Assembly: GCA_963797555.1 (NCBI GenBank)
Contig: CAWCPV010000013.1
Span: 32,001 to 96,000, forward strand
DNA from: an uncultured Gammaproteobacteria bacterium
GTDB taxonomy: Bacteria > Pseudomonadota > Gammaproteobacteria > CAWCPV01
Direction: 5' to 3'
DNA length: 64,000 nucleotides
Shown here: positions 27,944 through 41,702 of the stretch, one piece after another
How the letters are laid out: each line of letters opens with the position of its first letter
How positions within the stretch are numbered: the first letter of the stretch is position 1
Made by a program: the position numbers and the translations under genes
Notes under the pieces: model-generated
The model's input: only the letters and a program-made list of their open reading frames with translations
Told to the model about the DNA's origin: nothing
Database searches by the model: none

Positions 27944-28829
27944 TATTCAGCCTCTCAATTTCATCCGCGAGCAGTTCAACGTACATCTGCCGCTTGTTCC
28001 GCGGCATCGCCATGATTTCATGCTCGCTCCAATGATAGTGGTAAGCCAAATAATGCACCTGGCGATACAGCAATTCGCTGTCGGTGCGTAGTTCGCCGAA
28101 AAAAAAGTGGTGCACGTCGAACGGCACCACGAAGGCGCGACCGCATTCCGAACAGTTGGTTTCGATGTTCAACTCGATTTTTGGCGTCACCCGCTCCATC
28201 TCAGCTTCGATTTCCGCGCGTGCGAGAGGCGGCAGTGCCGCCACGTGCTCGAAGTCTGGTGGGGACAGTGGGCCGATACGCTGGATCGTGCGAGCCAGGA
28301 GCAGGGTCAAGGACTTTGCTTCGTTTTCTGCGAGCAAGGCCGAAAGCGCCTCTTGGTCGGCCCCATTGGGCAAGCGGAAGTTGATCTCCCGCCGTGTCAC
28401 CTCCTCTTCAGCGCAGGCGCGGGGCGAAAGGGTCATGGTGTAGAACGGTGCCCGCTCGACGGCTTCCTCGACAGGCACGTCGTCGATGCCGAACTTCATG
28501 GACACCCGCCGCCCACAGTCGGCCCACGGACAGAAGACATCGGCGCGAACCATGTCACCGAACGTGAGCTGGCGCAACTTGAGCAAGAGGTACTGCCGGT
28601 CAGCGACCAGGAATTGACGGGCAACATCCTCAGTGACCGGGCTGATGCCTCCCAGGCGCCGCACACCGCGGCTCAAGACCGCGCTAACCAGAGACGCTGT
28701 TTCCCCCCCCCGAGCCTGGACCAGCAGTTCCTCCTCGCGCCCGGTCAGCACGGCCAGCTCAAACTCGCGGTGCAACGCGCCAGCCGCGTCCCAGTAGCCG
28801 CCTGGGAGCATACCTGTCATTTCTACCAT
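27933..28829 (-). CDS. T4 gp26-like baseplate/chaperone protein fused to a DUF6760-like tail
   Basis: LPGGY, LTGREEE, VADR.YLLL.LR..TFG, two CxxC-type motifs; C-terminal VHYLAYHYHWS..EIM.MPR..R. Confidence 0.75.
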   Translation of the reverse strand: MVEMTGMLPGGYWDAAGALHREFELAVLTGREEELLVQARGGETASLVSAVLSRGVRRLGGISPVTEDVARQFLVADRQYLLLKLRQLTFGDMVRADVFCPWADCGRRVSMKFGIDDVPVEEAVERAPFYTMTLSPRACAEEEVTRREINFRLPNGADQEALSALLAENEAKSLTLLLARTIQRIGPLSPPDFEHVAALPPLARAEIEAEMERVTPKIELNIETNCSECGRAFVVPFDVHHFFFGELRTDSELLYRQVHYLAYHYHWSEHEIMAMPRNKRQMYVELLADEIERLNNGE

Positions 28830-28966
28830 GGCTTCTCGTAGCTCCAGTTCCCCGCCAAACTTTAGGTGGCGTCACTAAATAATCCTGCGACTTAAGTGTA
28901 ACTGATAGCCATTCTTTGCAAACCATGCGCTCTGGATATCGGCAGAGCCTTTTTGCCACAGTGACT

Positions 28967-29467
28967 TTAGGACTCCTTGGGTTCGGTCACCGAAGTGTCA
29001 CGCACCCAGCCCTCGTTCTCCAGCTTTATGGTGGTTATCATCACGCCATTGCCGGACGCGTCCAGTTGCGGGAGTGCTTGGTATTCCGAAACCCAACAGC
29101 GAAACAGGTTGTACGCCAACACCTTTACACCCTGGGTATTGTAAACCTCGATGCTGATATCCTTGCGAAAGGACGCCAGCGAACTGGCGGCATCGCCCTG
29201 GAAGTTATTTACTTTGTTAGCCCACTGCTCGAACGTTGTATCGTGGGTGACGCCGGCTTCGAGCGTGATGGCGTCATACTTGGTTTTCCCGGGAATCTGG
29301 TGCGGGCCGCTGGAGTCGCCACCCTCGTACCACGGCGTCACCTCGGTGGTCCGCTTCAGGGCGCCGCATTTACTCAGGCCGGCCACGTATTGGCCATCCC
29401 ACTTGAGCTTGAATTTAAAGCCAAGATAGGGGTCGAATCGGGTGCTATTTACGGTGAATTTGGGCAT
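28967..29467 (-). CDS. Tail tube protein (T4 gp19-like, Afp1/5-like)
   Basis: RFDPY..FKF, PG.TKY.AITLE.GVTHD..FE.WA, RCWVSEYQALP.LDA, LENEGW.RD. Confidence 0.93.
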   Translation of the reverse strand: MPKFTVNSTRFDPYLGFKFKLKWDGQYVAGLSKCGALKRTTEVTPWYEGGDSSGPHQIPGKTKYDAITLEAGVTHDTTFEQWANKVNNFQGDAASSLASFRKDISIEVYNTQGVKVLAYNLFRCWVSEYQALPQLDASGNGVMITTIKLENEGWVRDTSVTEPKES

Positions 29468-29497
29468 GCAAGTTCTCCTTTCCGGTATGAGATGTCA

Positions 29498-31438
<1,941 letters not shown>

Positions 31439-31476
31439 GGTCTTGCTCCTTTCATATGTGTTCGAGCGCAGTCCGC

Positions 31477-31779
31477 CTAATCGGCGGCTGGGTCAACTTT
31501 GGTCTTGCGTCCGCGCGGACGCGAGTCCCCCTCGTCCTGGCGAGCTGGCTCGGCTATTCCGCCTTCAGTCTCGGTCGGCTTGGCCGCATCGCTCTCTTCT
31601 CCAGCGCGCTCGACAGTAATTGCACGTTGGCATAGCAGCTTGTCAATTTTGGGGTTAGCTTTCAACTCAACATCATGGAACACAGCCGAGATCTCCCCGG
31701 GGGATAAGCGCAAATTCGTCCCACTATTCAGGGGTACGAAAATTGGCCTTGGAGTCAAGTTTCTAATAGCGACGGACAT
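31477..31779 (-). CDS. Small hypothetical protein preceding the sheath
   Basis: AAGGAG RBS then MSVAIRNLT..PIFVPLNSG..LRL.PGE; co-oriented first gene of the operon. Confidence 0.7.
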   Translation of the reverse strand: MSVAIRNLTPRPIFVPLNSGTNLRLSPGEISAVFHDVELKANPKIDKLLCQRAITVERAGEESDAAKPTETEGGIAEPARQDEGDSRPRGRKTKVDPAAD

Positions 31780-32100
31780 ACTTAATCTCCTTTGTTTGAT
31801 TGACATCATTCGATTTGGGTTGATTGATTTAGACAAGATTCAACGGGGGTTGTAGTTCAGGCAAAACACTTTAGACCGGCGGCACCATAGGCGCGTGCTT
31901 GGGTAGTTTTGACCACCCGGCATTCGGCCGTTCGGCATGGCCCTGGAGCTTGCCGGAGACTAGAACCTGTCCCTCTAACTGCTTCAGCCGCTCGAGGGCA
32001 GACGGCGGTCGGGCGCAATAGCGAGAGCCAACCGCTCCAGCCCCGCGCGGTCGTGCGCCTGCACCAGGACGCAGGTGTCCACGAGAAGCCTCCACGACCT

Positions 32101-33125
32101 TCACACCCCCGCATGTTCGCGGCCACCTCGGGCTCGGCGATCGTTTTCTCCCATGCACAAGAACCGCCTCGAGCCGGCGGCCGAAGTCGGCGATCGATCC
32201 GAACAGAGCAAGTCCGGCAGTGGTCGTAAGCACGATCTTCGGGACTGCGGTTGGTGTGTTTCCTGGCGAGGTGCGCAAACGCCACCGTGCCTCTTGCCGA
32301 GGGGTGGCGCCGCGAGGGGGTCTGGTCGAATTCGAAGGCCGGCGCCGGCTCGGCTGCTGAAGGGTCGGAGGCCGGACTCGGGTCGGGCGCCTCCCACTCC
32401 GACGGACCATCGTCGCTTAAGGGCGGCGAGTAGCTTCTTTACCTCAGCAAATTGCGACTCAGGCTGGAAATCGGCTGGGGCGAGGGCTACCAAATTGTCG
32501 GCTTCGAGCAACGCTTCGCTCAAGGTGGCTTTCTGGGAGGGCGTGTGGAGGATGAAGACGCCTCGCTGGCCTTCTTTGAAGCGCGGTGCTGCTCTGGTCC
32601 AGGGCGCCCAATCGGCCGTCGGGAAGTACACCACCATGGACGCGCGGCCGTGGCCGCACAGCATCTCATGGACGCGTTCGGCTGGTGCCCACAAAGGGGC
32701 TTTGCCCTCGCGGCTCCGTTTTTCGACTGGGCTGATGTTCACCACCTCGGCGTCAACCACAAGTTCGGCGCCCTGCAGCCGCTCCCGCAAGTGGATTTGC
32801 GGCAAATGGGCCACAGCCGCAGCTACACTCTTCTCCTCCCGGATGTCCACGTGCTCTATTTCGCGCACGGCGATACCTCTGCCATGGACCCAACTGTTCG
32901 TGAAGAACACTGCCTTTTGGCCAGGACTAAGGGTTTCGGGCGCGTTGGCGGCAACCGCGATCATCTTGCCGCGCAGATCTTCAAGCACCGGTTCGACACG
33001 CAGACCCACGGTCGAGACGCACCACCACTAGCTTTTCATTCCGCGGTACGGCAGGTGCCGCGCTCAACGATGGTTCCACTGAAAATAAAGCTGGATGAGC
33101 GCACCAGACCCCGGATTGATGACAT
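32101..33125 (-). pseudogene. Frameshifted hypothetical protein
   Basis: MSSIRGLVRSSSFIFSGTIVE / LVVVRLDR / VEPVLEDLRGK... requires two frame changes at ~33060-33005; 3' end probably read-through. Confidence 0.55.
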
Positions 33126-33729
33126 TAAGGACCTCCTTGGAGTGCATGGATGAATGAAGGCAAAGACTGTGCCCTCGGTCCGTTTACCGGGTTTTGTGTC
33201 AAGCGGCCTCCGGCGATAGGGGTCGGGAAGGGGTGGCCCGTTATTCAGCGAGGTGCGGTCGGGTGGCGAAGAGCCCGTTGGGTGCGGTGCTCGCCCAGGC
33301 GTCCACGGGGAAGGTCGTTCGGCTGCTGCCGGTTGGGGGCTGCCGGCAGCGTGACCGAAGCAGTGAACAGTCGTTTTCGTGGCTTTCTCCCTACGAACTA
33401 TGGTTAGACTTTGTCGCCCTACGCCGGTAAGCACTTGAAGTTTAATGGGTTGCGTCCGGCAATGTGCGATCTGTTTGAAAGCATTAAGCCGAGCAAACAG
33501 TAACCAAGCTACCCGACCTGAGTCAAGTTAGGATGTTTCCCTGTCTCCACGCGGGTTTTCCCTACCGCCTGAGATGCTGTCTTGAAGTCGCTCGGTGTAA
33601 TGGTCACACTTTACTCCGGCACGCCGTTCTGGGGGGAGCATCCACAGCATGATGCCCGTGTCCAAGTATAGCGTATGCTCCACGTTACGGTCGGTTCAGT
33701 CACGCCCAGCGCTTTGGTTCCAGCGTACA

Positions 33730-34815
33730 CTAGTGTAGTGCTTCATTCTGTTTAGAACTTAAACGTGCGTTGGCGCGGATGACCTTCTGCAGGATGTCCT
33801 TAGCCTTGGCGGTCCAGATGAAGGGTTTGGGATTGGCGTTGTGGGCATCGACATAGCGGTTGATGGCAGGGATCAACTCGGGGACGCTTCGAAACACGCC
33901 ACGGCGCAACCGATCCACAGTCAGGTCGCGGAAGAATCGCTCGACCATGTTCAACCAGGATGCTGAGGTGGGCGTGAAATGGATGTGGAAACGCGGGTGT
34001 TTTCCCAGCCATTTCTGAACGTTGGGATGTTTGTGGGTGGCGTAGTTGTCGCAGACCAAGTGCAGTTCCTTGTCCTTGGGCGTCTCGCGGTCGATTTGGC
34101 GCAGGAAGGTGAGCCACTCCGTGTGGCGATGGTGCGGCTCGCAGCGGGCAATCACGGAACCCTCCAAGGTGTTCAGGGCAGCAAACAGTGTCGTGGTGCC
34201 ATGGCGCTTGTAGTCATGGGTCATGGTCGCAGCCCGCCCCTTCTTCAGCGGCAGGCCAGGTTGGGTACGATCCAGCGCCTGAACCTGACTCTTCTCGTCG
34301 CAGCACAACACCAAAGCATGCTCCGGGGGGAACAGATACAGCCCGACGATGTCCTCCAACTTCTCGGTGAATTTCGGGTCGCGCGATACCTTGAAGGATT
34401 CGACACGATGCGGCTTCAGCCCATGGGCATGCCACACGCGCAGCACCGTGGTGTCGCTCACTCCCATTTCCTTAGCCAGGGTCCGCGTACTCCACTGTGT
34501 CGCTGCTAAGGGCTGGGTCTGAGTCGTGCGTCGCACGATCTCGGCGGCATCCACCTTGGGCTGACGACCTCCGCGCGGCAGGTCACACTCGATGGCCGCC
34601 AGCCCGCCTTGCGCATAGCGCTCCCGCCAACGCCCAACCTGCACACGCCCAATCTTGAGTTCCGCCGCGATGGCCTTGTTCTCCATGCCCACCGCCGCCA
34701 ACAGCACAATGCGCGCTCGGCGGGCCAGCCTCACACTCGTGGTGTTCGAACGCGACACACGCCTCAGGCTCCGCTGTTCTTCCGCGCTCAGTCGGACCAT
34801 CGGGGCTACTCGCAT
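33730..34815 (-). CDS. IS630 transposase
   Basis: HTH, then CCDEKSQ.QAL, THDYKRHGT, DNYATHK, PTSASWLN.VERFF. Confidence 0.95.
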   Translation of the reverse strand: MRVAPMVRLSAEEQRSLRRVSRSNTTSVRLARRARIVLLAAVGMENKAIAAELKIGRVQVGRWRERYAQGGLAAIECDLPRGGRQPKVDAAEIVRRTTQTQPLAATQWSTRTLAKEMGVSDTTVLRVWHAHGLKPHRVESFKVSRDPKFTEKLEDIVGLYLFPPEHALVLCCDEKSQVQALDRTQPGLPLKKGRAATMTHDYKRHGTTTLFAALNTLEGSVIARCEPHHRHTEWLTFLRQIDRETPKDKELHLVCDNYATHKHPNVQKWLGKHPRFHIHFTPTSASWLNMVERFFRDLTVDRLRRGVFRSVPELIPAINRYVDAHNANPKPFIWTAKAKDILQKVIRANARLSSKQNEALH

Positions 34816-34895
34816 CAGTGCTCTCCTGTCTTGGCTTCATAGCCCTGGACAGCGATAGATCATATATGTTCCGTTAATTACCAAGCACTACACTA
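33731..34895 (-). mobile_element. IS630-family insertion sequence, apparently intact
   Basis: Terminal IRs TAGTGTAGTGCTT / AAGCACTACACTA, in a CTAG context. Confidence 0.92.
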
Positions 34896-34946
34896 GCGAC
34901 GCCTAAGCGGGTACTACCCATGCTTGTCCAGGATCATGGACAAGAG

Positions 34947-36188
34947 GGCACCTCGAAGAATTGGTTTTGGCGCCGGTCGGTCGCTGCGATCGGGTCAGGG
35001 ATAAGAGAATTGGGGCGAGGCGAGTGGATTTTGAGGGGTTTCGGGAGGGCTCCCGTCGCCTTGCGGCCGCCGGCCGGGAGACTCCGGCGGTCCTCAGGCC
35101 GGCGCCGGCATCGGACCTTTACCGCCTGACCTGATCAGATAGCTCAGGCGGTGCAGGTTGTAGACGAGATTCATGAGCCCGATCTTGGCCCTCGCACGCA
35201 CCCACCCGATGGTTCGCACGAGCTTCCCGCCTTGCTCGTTGTGCTGGGAGCCGAAGACATGCTCGACGCGCACCCGGATGCTCGAACGGCGCCGGTTGAC
35301 CTCTTGCTGGTAGGCGCTGAGCGCCCTGTGGCGGTGACCCCGGCGGTGAATCCGGCTCCTGAGCCCCTTCTTACGCAGCAGCCGCTCGGTCTCCTCGGAG
35401 CGGTAGGCGCTGTCGGCCCAGACCTCGGTGCTGGTGTTGGCTCGGTCGAGCAGCGGCTCGAAGACCTGACTGTCGTGCACCGCGGCATCGGTCACCGCGT
35501 ACCTGCGCACCCGCTTGTGGGCAGCGTCCACGCTCACGTGGTTCTTGTACCCGTAATAGCTCTTGCCATGTTTCTTGGTCCAGCACGCCTCGGTGTCCTT
35601 TTGACGAAGCTTGGCGGGCTTGTCCTTCCAGGACTCGGGCGTCTCGCCCCGCTTGAGGGCGTCGTTCTCTTCCCGGCTGTTGCGCTGCTTGGGAGCGGAG
35701 ACGATGCTGGCATCGATGATCTGTCCCTTGCGGGCGATGAACCCCCGCCGCTCGATCTGCTGGTTGAAGGCCCGAAACAGCTCTTGCACAGCGTTGCCCT
35801 TCGCCAGCGCCTCGCGAAACAGCCACACCGTGGTGGCATCGGGCACCTGCCCCAGGAATCGGCTGAAGGAGTAACGGTCCCGAATCTGGTACTCGATGCT
35901 CTCGTCGCTCAACGTGGTACAGGTGCTGCAGAACGAGCACCTTGAACATGAGCACGGCATCGTAGGGCCTGCGCCCGGCGTTGCTCTTGCGCGGCTTGTC
36001 CCGCAGGCACTCAAGCCGGGGGCGAAAGCCCTCCCAGTCGACCACCTGCTGGATGTGCACTAGGGGGTCACCGAGCCGGCCCAGGCGCTCATCGAATCCG
36101 GGCTGGGTCATCGCTCTGTTCCTCATCGGCCGCGAAGTGGCACCAGTCTATCGGGCAGCCGCCCCCAGTGGCAATTTTTCGAGGTGCC
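34947..36188 (-). mobile_element. IS5-family insertion sequence with frameshifted transposase (35094-36126)
   Basis: IRs GGCACCTCGAAGAATTG / CAATTTTTCGAGGTGCC; 6-bp duplication CAAGAG; motifs GRRPYD, PDATT, IIDAS, GYKNH, ADSAY, RVEHVF; frame change ~35910. Confidence 0.9.
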
Positions 36189-37223
36189 CAAGAGCTTCTC
36201 TGTGTCAGCCTCGCGTTGCTGGGAGAACTCAATCTTTGTGGGGTTCTGTAAATACTATCCCCGCCACTAGCCTCGCGCTCTGTGTATTAGTGAGCCCGCT
36301 CAGCTCCAACACTCCCAGACAAGCCCACAGCCTCACACCTTCCGACTTGGCATACCGCATCAGGCTTTCCAGCTCGCGCGCCGGGTGTAAGGCTGAGCTT
36401 CGGACAGCCTCCTGCAGGGAGGGACTCTACTAGGTCCATCTTGGCACTATTCAACGCGGCTTCGAAGTGCGGGTCTTGCCGCCATCGGCTGATCGTCTCC
36501 CCCCGGATACCAAGCTTCTCCGCACCCTCCAGGCCCGCATACTCTGAATACCCCCGGTAGAGTGACCGTCCCCACCACCCAGTCAACCTCTTCCCTCTGC
36601 CGGTCGGGCGGCTTTCATGCCCTCTGCGGTCACTCTTCGGAGCCTGCTTGCCAGGGAGGTCATCCGCGGACGCATGGAAGGGCGCAAGGGCACGCTCGCG
36701 CTGCTGGAGGTGCTGGCGAACGATGTCGCCGGCTGGCCGGCGCGGGCGGTGGAATTCTACGCGCTGCTGAACTGGACGCAGCACATCAACCATCTTCGTC
36801 TCAACCGCGTGCGCAGCACCGAACTGCGTAGGGGTGGTGCGCTCGATCTGTTGGGCGGGCCATTCGATCCGATCGCACACTCGGTCGATGTCCGTCGCGT
36901 GATCTCGCACCATCGCCTCGGCCGCTACAATATCCCCAGCGTCGGCGTTTTCGTCGCGGTTGAAGGTCTACTCGGTGACCCATGCACCGGCCTACTGTCT
37001 GGAGAGCGCCGGGCCGCAGTGCTTCACCCTCGGCCTGCTCGGTCATGACCAGCCTCTGTACACCAAGGCGGAGCCGGAGACGGAGCCGACGCACATTGCC
37101 GACGAGATCAACCTGCCGGTTGCCATCCGGCGCCGGGCGCTGGAGGAGCGCATCAGCCTGCGGCTGCTCAAGACCGACCCCTCGGCCGCGTACTACGGCG
37201 AGGGCAAGAGCTTGGTAATCTAA

Positions 37224-38288
37224 CCCGACTTCGCGGATTCGCACGGCGATTGGCCCGCTGGCCAGGGGTAAGTGATTGTTTGTGGGGACCGTGGTGAGCC
37301 AAAAAGGGTTGAAACGCGCTGTAGTGAAGACCTTGCTTGTTTTCAAGGGGAAAAATCTGCGGATAATGATGTTCCATCATGTTTCTACGGGCCACGACTC
37401 GGAAGAAAGACGGCAAGGATCACCGTTACTGGAGTATTGTCGAGAATAGGCGCCTGAGCGGTGGGCGCGTGCTGCAACGGCATGTGCTGTATTTGGGTGA
37501 GATCAACTCCTCGCAGGAGTTGGCGTGGCGTTGACGGATTTGCTCGGAGCGGATGCGGCGCTCTCCGACAGCCACCGGCTGTATGTCTGTCACGACCGCT
37601 TGCTGGAGCACAAGGCGGCGGTCTTTGACCATCTGGTGCGGCGTTGCGGCGCGCCAACACGGCCCAGCGGTATGGCGCTTGGTTCAACTGGAGGTCGACC
37701 CCAAGGACGCCACGTTTAGCTACCGCCTGCGCCGCGATAAGCTGCGTGAAGTGCGCCGGCGCGAAGGACGGTATCTGCTGCGCACCAATCTCACCGACAC
37801 CGATCCCGCCAAGCTATGGGGGTTTTACCTGCAACTGGTGGCGGTGGAAGAAGCGTTCAAGAATCTCAAGGGGGATTTGGCCATTCGGCCAATCTTTCAT
37901 CAACACGTCGAGCGTATCGAAGCCCATATCTTCATTGCCTTTCTTGCCTATTGTCTGCATGTCACGCTCGGGCGACGTTTGCATGCGCTCGCGCCTGGAT
38001 TAACCACGCGCAGCGTGCTGGAGAAATTCGCCGCCGTGCAGATGGTCGACGCACAGGTGCCGACCACCGATGGGCGCGAATTGACGTTCACCCGCTACAC
38101 CCAACCTGAGCCAGAACTGCAACTGCTCCTCGCGCAGTTGAAGCTCGAACTGCCCGCACCACCAGCTCCGAAAATCAGCACCGCCCACACTGCCTCAGCC
38201 GCCGCGATGTAGTGCAGACCTTGCCAGGCGCCCTCTCGCAATTTCAACCACTTACGCTATCCCTACCCCGCGAATCCGCGAAGTCGGG
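37224..38288 (+). mobile_element. Internally deleted IS1634-like element
   Basis: 19-bp IRs CCCGACTTCGCGGATTCGC; CTAA duplication; fragments EGRYLLRTNL, VEEAFKNLKGDL.IRPIFH, RIEAHIF. Confidence 0.8.
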
Positions 38289-39221
38289 CTAACGCCCCGG
38301 ACTGGCCAACCAAAGGCGCACCGCAGCCCATTTTGCGTGAGAAAGTGATTCCCGCCGACCTTTCCGACTGGCGCTACCGCGCCCAGCGGGGGCAGGTGGC
38401 GGTGGATCCGGTGCGCGGTCGCATCGTTTTCCCGGCCGGGCAGTTGCCCAAGCGCGGTGTGTGGGTCACCTACCACTACGCGTTCAGCGCGGGCATGGGC
38501 GGCGGCGAGTACAGCCGGCCCTTGTTCCAACCGCTGGGCTATGGGCTCTACAAAGTGTCCAAGGACAATCCGACACCCGGCACCTTCGACACCGTCAATG
38601 CCGCCATCACGCAATGGCACCAGGACCAACAGGACCTCGGACCTGAGCCCGCCGATCCGGCAGTGAAAGACAAATGGCTGCAGGACAAGGAGCGCCTGCG
38701 TGCGGCTGTGGTGGAGATCCAGGACAGCGCCGTGTACAGCGAGCCGATCACCATCGAACTGGAAGCGGGGGAGAGCCTGCAGATCCGCGCTGCCAATCGC
38801 AAGCGGCCGGTGATTCGCATGCTCGACTACATGACCGAGCGGCCGGATGCGTTCACGGTCTCCGGCAAGCAGGGCAGCCGCTTTGTCCTCGACGGCATCA
38901 TCGTCACCGGACGCGGGATGCAGATCGTCGGCCCCGACCGCATGGACCCGGAACGCTTCCCACAAGGCGACTTGTGCGACGTGACCCTGCGCCATGTCAC
39001 GCTGGTGCCCGGCTGGGGGCTGGAGTGCGACTGCGAGCCGCGACGGCCCAGCGAACCCCAGCCTGGAACTCATCTCCGCGGCCGCGAAAATCCGCATCGA
39101 GCACGTAACCGTTCACCCCCCTGGAATATTTTGACCCGGAGGGCTGGACAAAACGGTTCCAGCGTGAGACAGTTGGGTGCCCTTGGCAGGATGTTCCTCG
39201 ACCTCACTGTCACACACAATC

Positions 39222-40790
39222 ATGGTGCTCAAGGAGCACGACCTTCGTCAGCTCAGCGAGGAGCGCATTCTGGAGCTGAGGCAGAAGGATCCCGATGCGC
39301 TGGCAGCGCTGAGCATCCGCCTGCTGCAGGATCTCAAGGAAGCGTGGGAGCGGCTCAATCAGAGTCCCTCCAATAGCTCTCGTCCGCCGAGCAGTCAAGA
39401 CCCCTGGCTGCGTGCGCGGGAGGACGAAGAGGCCGACGCCGGTCCTGAGGACGAGGAGGCCAAGAGCCGTTCTGAGGAGGATGGCCTCCCCGGGGCTGGC
39501 GGCCAGAAGGGCGCAAAGGACACGAGTGGCAAGACCTCAGGGACGCAGCGCCGAGCGGGCCGGCAGCCTGGCTCCCAGGGATTCGGGCGCGCCCAGAAGC
39601 TGACAGTCACCGATTGGGACCATCATCGGCCGGGAAGTTGTGCGCTGTGTGGTGGGGCGCTCAATCCTGAGCAGGCGAAGCCCTACACCGCCTTTGATAG
39701 GCTGGACTTGGTCTTTGGCGATGAGCAGGCGCCGGGGCTGCGCCTGACCTGCACGCGGCAGGTATACTACCAGAGCCGTTGCGACTGTGGTCATGAGACC
39801 CGGCAGGCGCCGCACCGCGCGCCCGAGCACTTGGGATGCTGGCGAGGGGTGGAGCTTGGCGAGTGGCGCCTGGTGGGGCCGGGATTGTGCGCCTTCATCG
39901 TCTGGCTGCGGTTTCGGATGCGCCTGTCCATCCGCCTGGTCCGGGAGTTCCTGCACGAGGTGTTTGGGCTGGCGCTCGGCATCGGCACCCTCCACCAATG
40001 CGTGATGGAGACCGCCCGTGCCTGCGAGCCGGTCGAGGATGAGCTGGTGACCCAGTTGCTGGAAGCGGCCCTCATGCATGCCGATGAGACACCGCACAAG
40101 CAATGGGGAGAGCCCTTGTGGTTATGGGTGTTCATCTCGGCCTCGACGGCGCTGTTCTTGGTCGGCTCTCGCGCCAAAGAGATGTTTCAGAACCTCATCG
40201 AGGATCTCTTCTGCGGCTATCTGATGAGCGATGGGTACCAGGTCTATCGGGACTATGCCAAGCGCCTGCGTTGCTGGGCGCATCTCATTCGCAAGGCCCG
40301 GGGCCTGAGGGATTGCCTCTCGCCCACCCTCCAGGGCTACGGCCAGGCGGTCTATGACCTGCTCGATGCGCTGATGCAGGCCGTCTATCACGCCCGCGAG
40401 GGACCGGGCGGCTCCCTGCGGCAAGCCCACCCGGGCGAGATCAACGAGCTCACGGCCCTGTGTGAACGCATGAGCTGCTGCCCTTATGACAAGGCCCAGG
40501 CGCTGGGCAAGGAGCTGCTCAACGACTGGGGGGCGATCTTCCGGGTGTTGGATGAGCCTCAGCTGCCGCTGACCAACAACGTGGCGGAGCGGGCGCTGCG
40601 TCACTGGGTGATTCTGCGTCGCATCAGCCAGGGGACCCGCAGCGAACAAGGCAGCCGGGCGCTGGCGCTGCTCGCCAGTGTGATCGAGACTTCTCGGCTG
40701 CGATTGAGCTCCCCGCTGTGCTATCTCAGAGATGTCCTCGCCCACCGACGCCGCGGCTTTGAGGCACCGCCGCTTCCTGCGCCCGCTTGA
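39222..40790 (+). CDS. IS66-family transposase
   Basis: NSSRPPSS, HADET, LMSDGY.VY, CWAHL.RK, TNN.AERALR. Confidence 0.9.
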   Translation: MVLKEHDLRQLSEERILELRQKDPDALAALSIRLLQDLKEAWERLNQSPSNSSRPPSSQDPWLRAREDEEADAGPEDEEAKSRSEEDGLPGAGGQKGAKDTSGKTSGTQRRAGRQPGSQGFGRAQKLTVTDWDHHRPGSCALCGGALNPEQAKPYTAFDRLDLVFGDEQAPGLRLTCTRQVYYQSRCDCGHETRQAPHRAPEHLGCWRGVELGEWRLVGPGLCAFIVWLRFRMRLSIRLVREFLHEVFGLALGIGTLHQCVMETARACEPVEDELVTQLLEAALMHADETPHKQWGEPLWLWVFISASTALFLVGSRAKEMFQNLIEDLFCGYLMSDGYQVYRDYAKRLRCWAHLIRKARGLRDCLSPTLQGYGQAVYDLLDALMQAVYHAREGPGGSLRQAHPGEINELTALCERMSCCPYDKAQALGKELLNDWGAIFRVLDEPQLPLTNNVAERALRHWVILRRISQGTRSEQGSRALALLASVIETSRLRLSSPLCYLRDVLAHRRRGFEAPPLPAPA

Positions 40791-40792
40791 GT

Positions 40793-41702
40793 TCAGCGCT
40801 CACCGCGCAGGCGCTCTCTGGCCTGCGGGTGCAGAGCGTAGAGGAAGACCCGCTTTATCGCTCTGCCATGGCGTTGGTGCGCACGGTCCATGCGCCCGCG
40901 TCCGCTGGTCTCGCCCACCTCGCACCAGTTGGCCGCCCGGTAGCAGGTCCCGGCAAAGCGGGCCGGGTCCACCAGGGTCTCCAGCAGCCAGGGACGCAGC
41001 CCATAGTGGCGCTCCCAATCCCCTACGATGCGCCGGCTGCCCAAGGCCAGCACGTGGCTCGCCAGATGAGGCACTTTCACCCAGGGCAGAATCAGGAAGC
41101 GCCCCTGATTGACGATGCGTGCGAGGTGCGCTTTGCGCGCTCTCTCGTCCCAGCCGAATCCACGCATCGCGGGCCTGCATGCGCCAGGCCGGGCTGGTGT
41201 AGGTGAGCCCGCCCAACACCTCCCCCTCCCGGCGCTGGGAGCAGATGAGATAGACCAACTGGGCCCCAAAGGGTGTGGCATAGCCCAAGTAGTGATAGCG
41301 CGCGAGAAGCTCGCGCCACAATGCCCGTCCCTCGGCCTGGCGCACTAACTGAAGCTCCACCGGGGCCACCTCCTGCAGCGCACCGGCAATCTCGCCGCGG
41401 CGTTCGCCCCGATCGGTCTGCGCAGTGCAGGTGCGCCGCCCCTTGGGCCTGCCCGTGCGCTTGGCGGGAAGCCCCAGATCCCCCCGAGCTTCCAACCGCT
41501 CCAGTAGATCCCGACACTCGCGGGACTTCAGGGCTCCGTTGTCCCGTCTCCACCCCAGCAGCTCACAGATGGTCTGCGCCAGCTCAAAACGACTCAGGCC
41601 CACGCACATCGACACCATTCGGACGATGGCGGAGATCTCCTCTTCGGTAAAGCTCCGGCCGCTCGCCGTGATCGCCTGCGGAATAGAGGGCTCTTGATCC
41701 AT
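40793..41702 (-). pseudogene. DUF4338-domain protein, frameshifted near 41160
   Basis: RYHYLGY, RD.WIGW (split by the frameshift), RFLILPWV.V..LAS, LLET.VD...F.GTCY.AANW..VGETSGRG. Confidence 0.8.

Noticed and set aside
31780-32300. Sigma-54 promoter for the CIS operon
   Set aside because: I found no GG-N10-GC motif with convincing consensus and correct spacing; only an AT-rich stretch is seen.
36420-36560. Short HTH-like fragment on the minus strand (AEKLGIRGETISRWRQDPHF)
   Set aside because: No clear start and too short to assign; probably a remnant at a deletion junction.
40793-41702. Druantia anti-phage system
   Set aside because: Only a frameshifted DUF4338 gene inside an IS; no DruE helicase or other dru genes.
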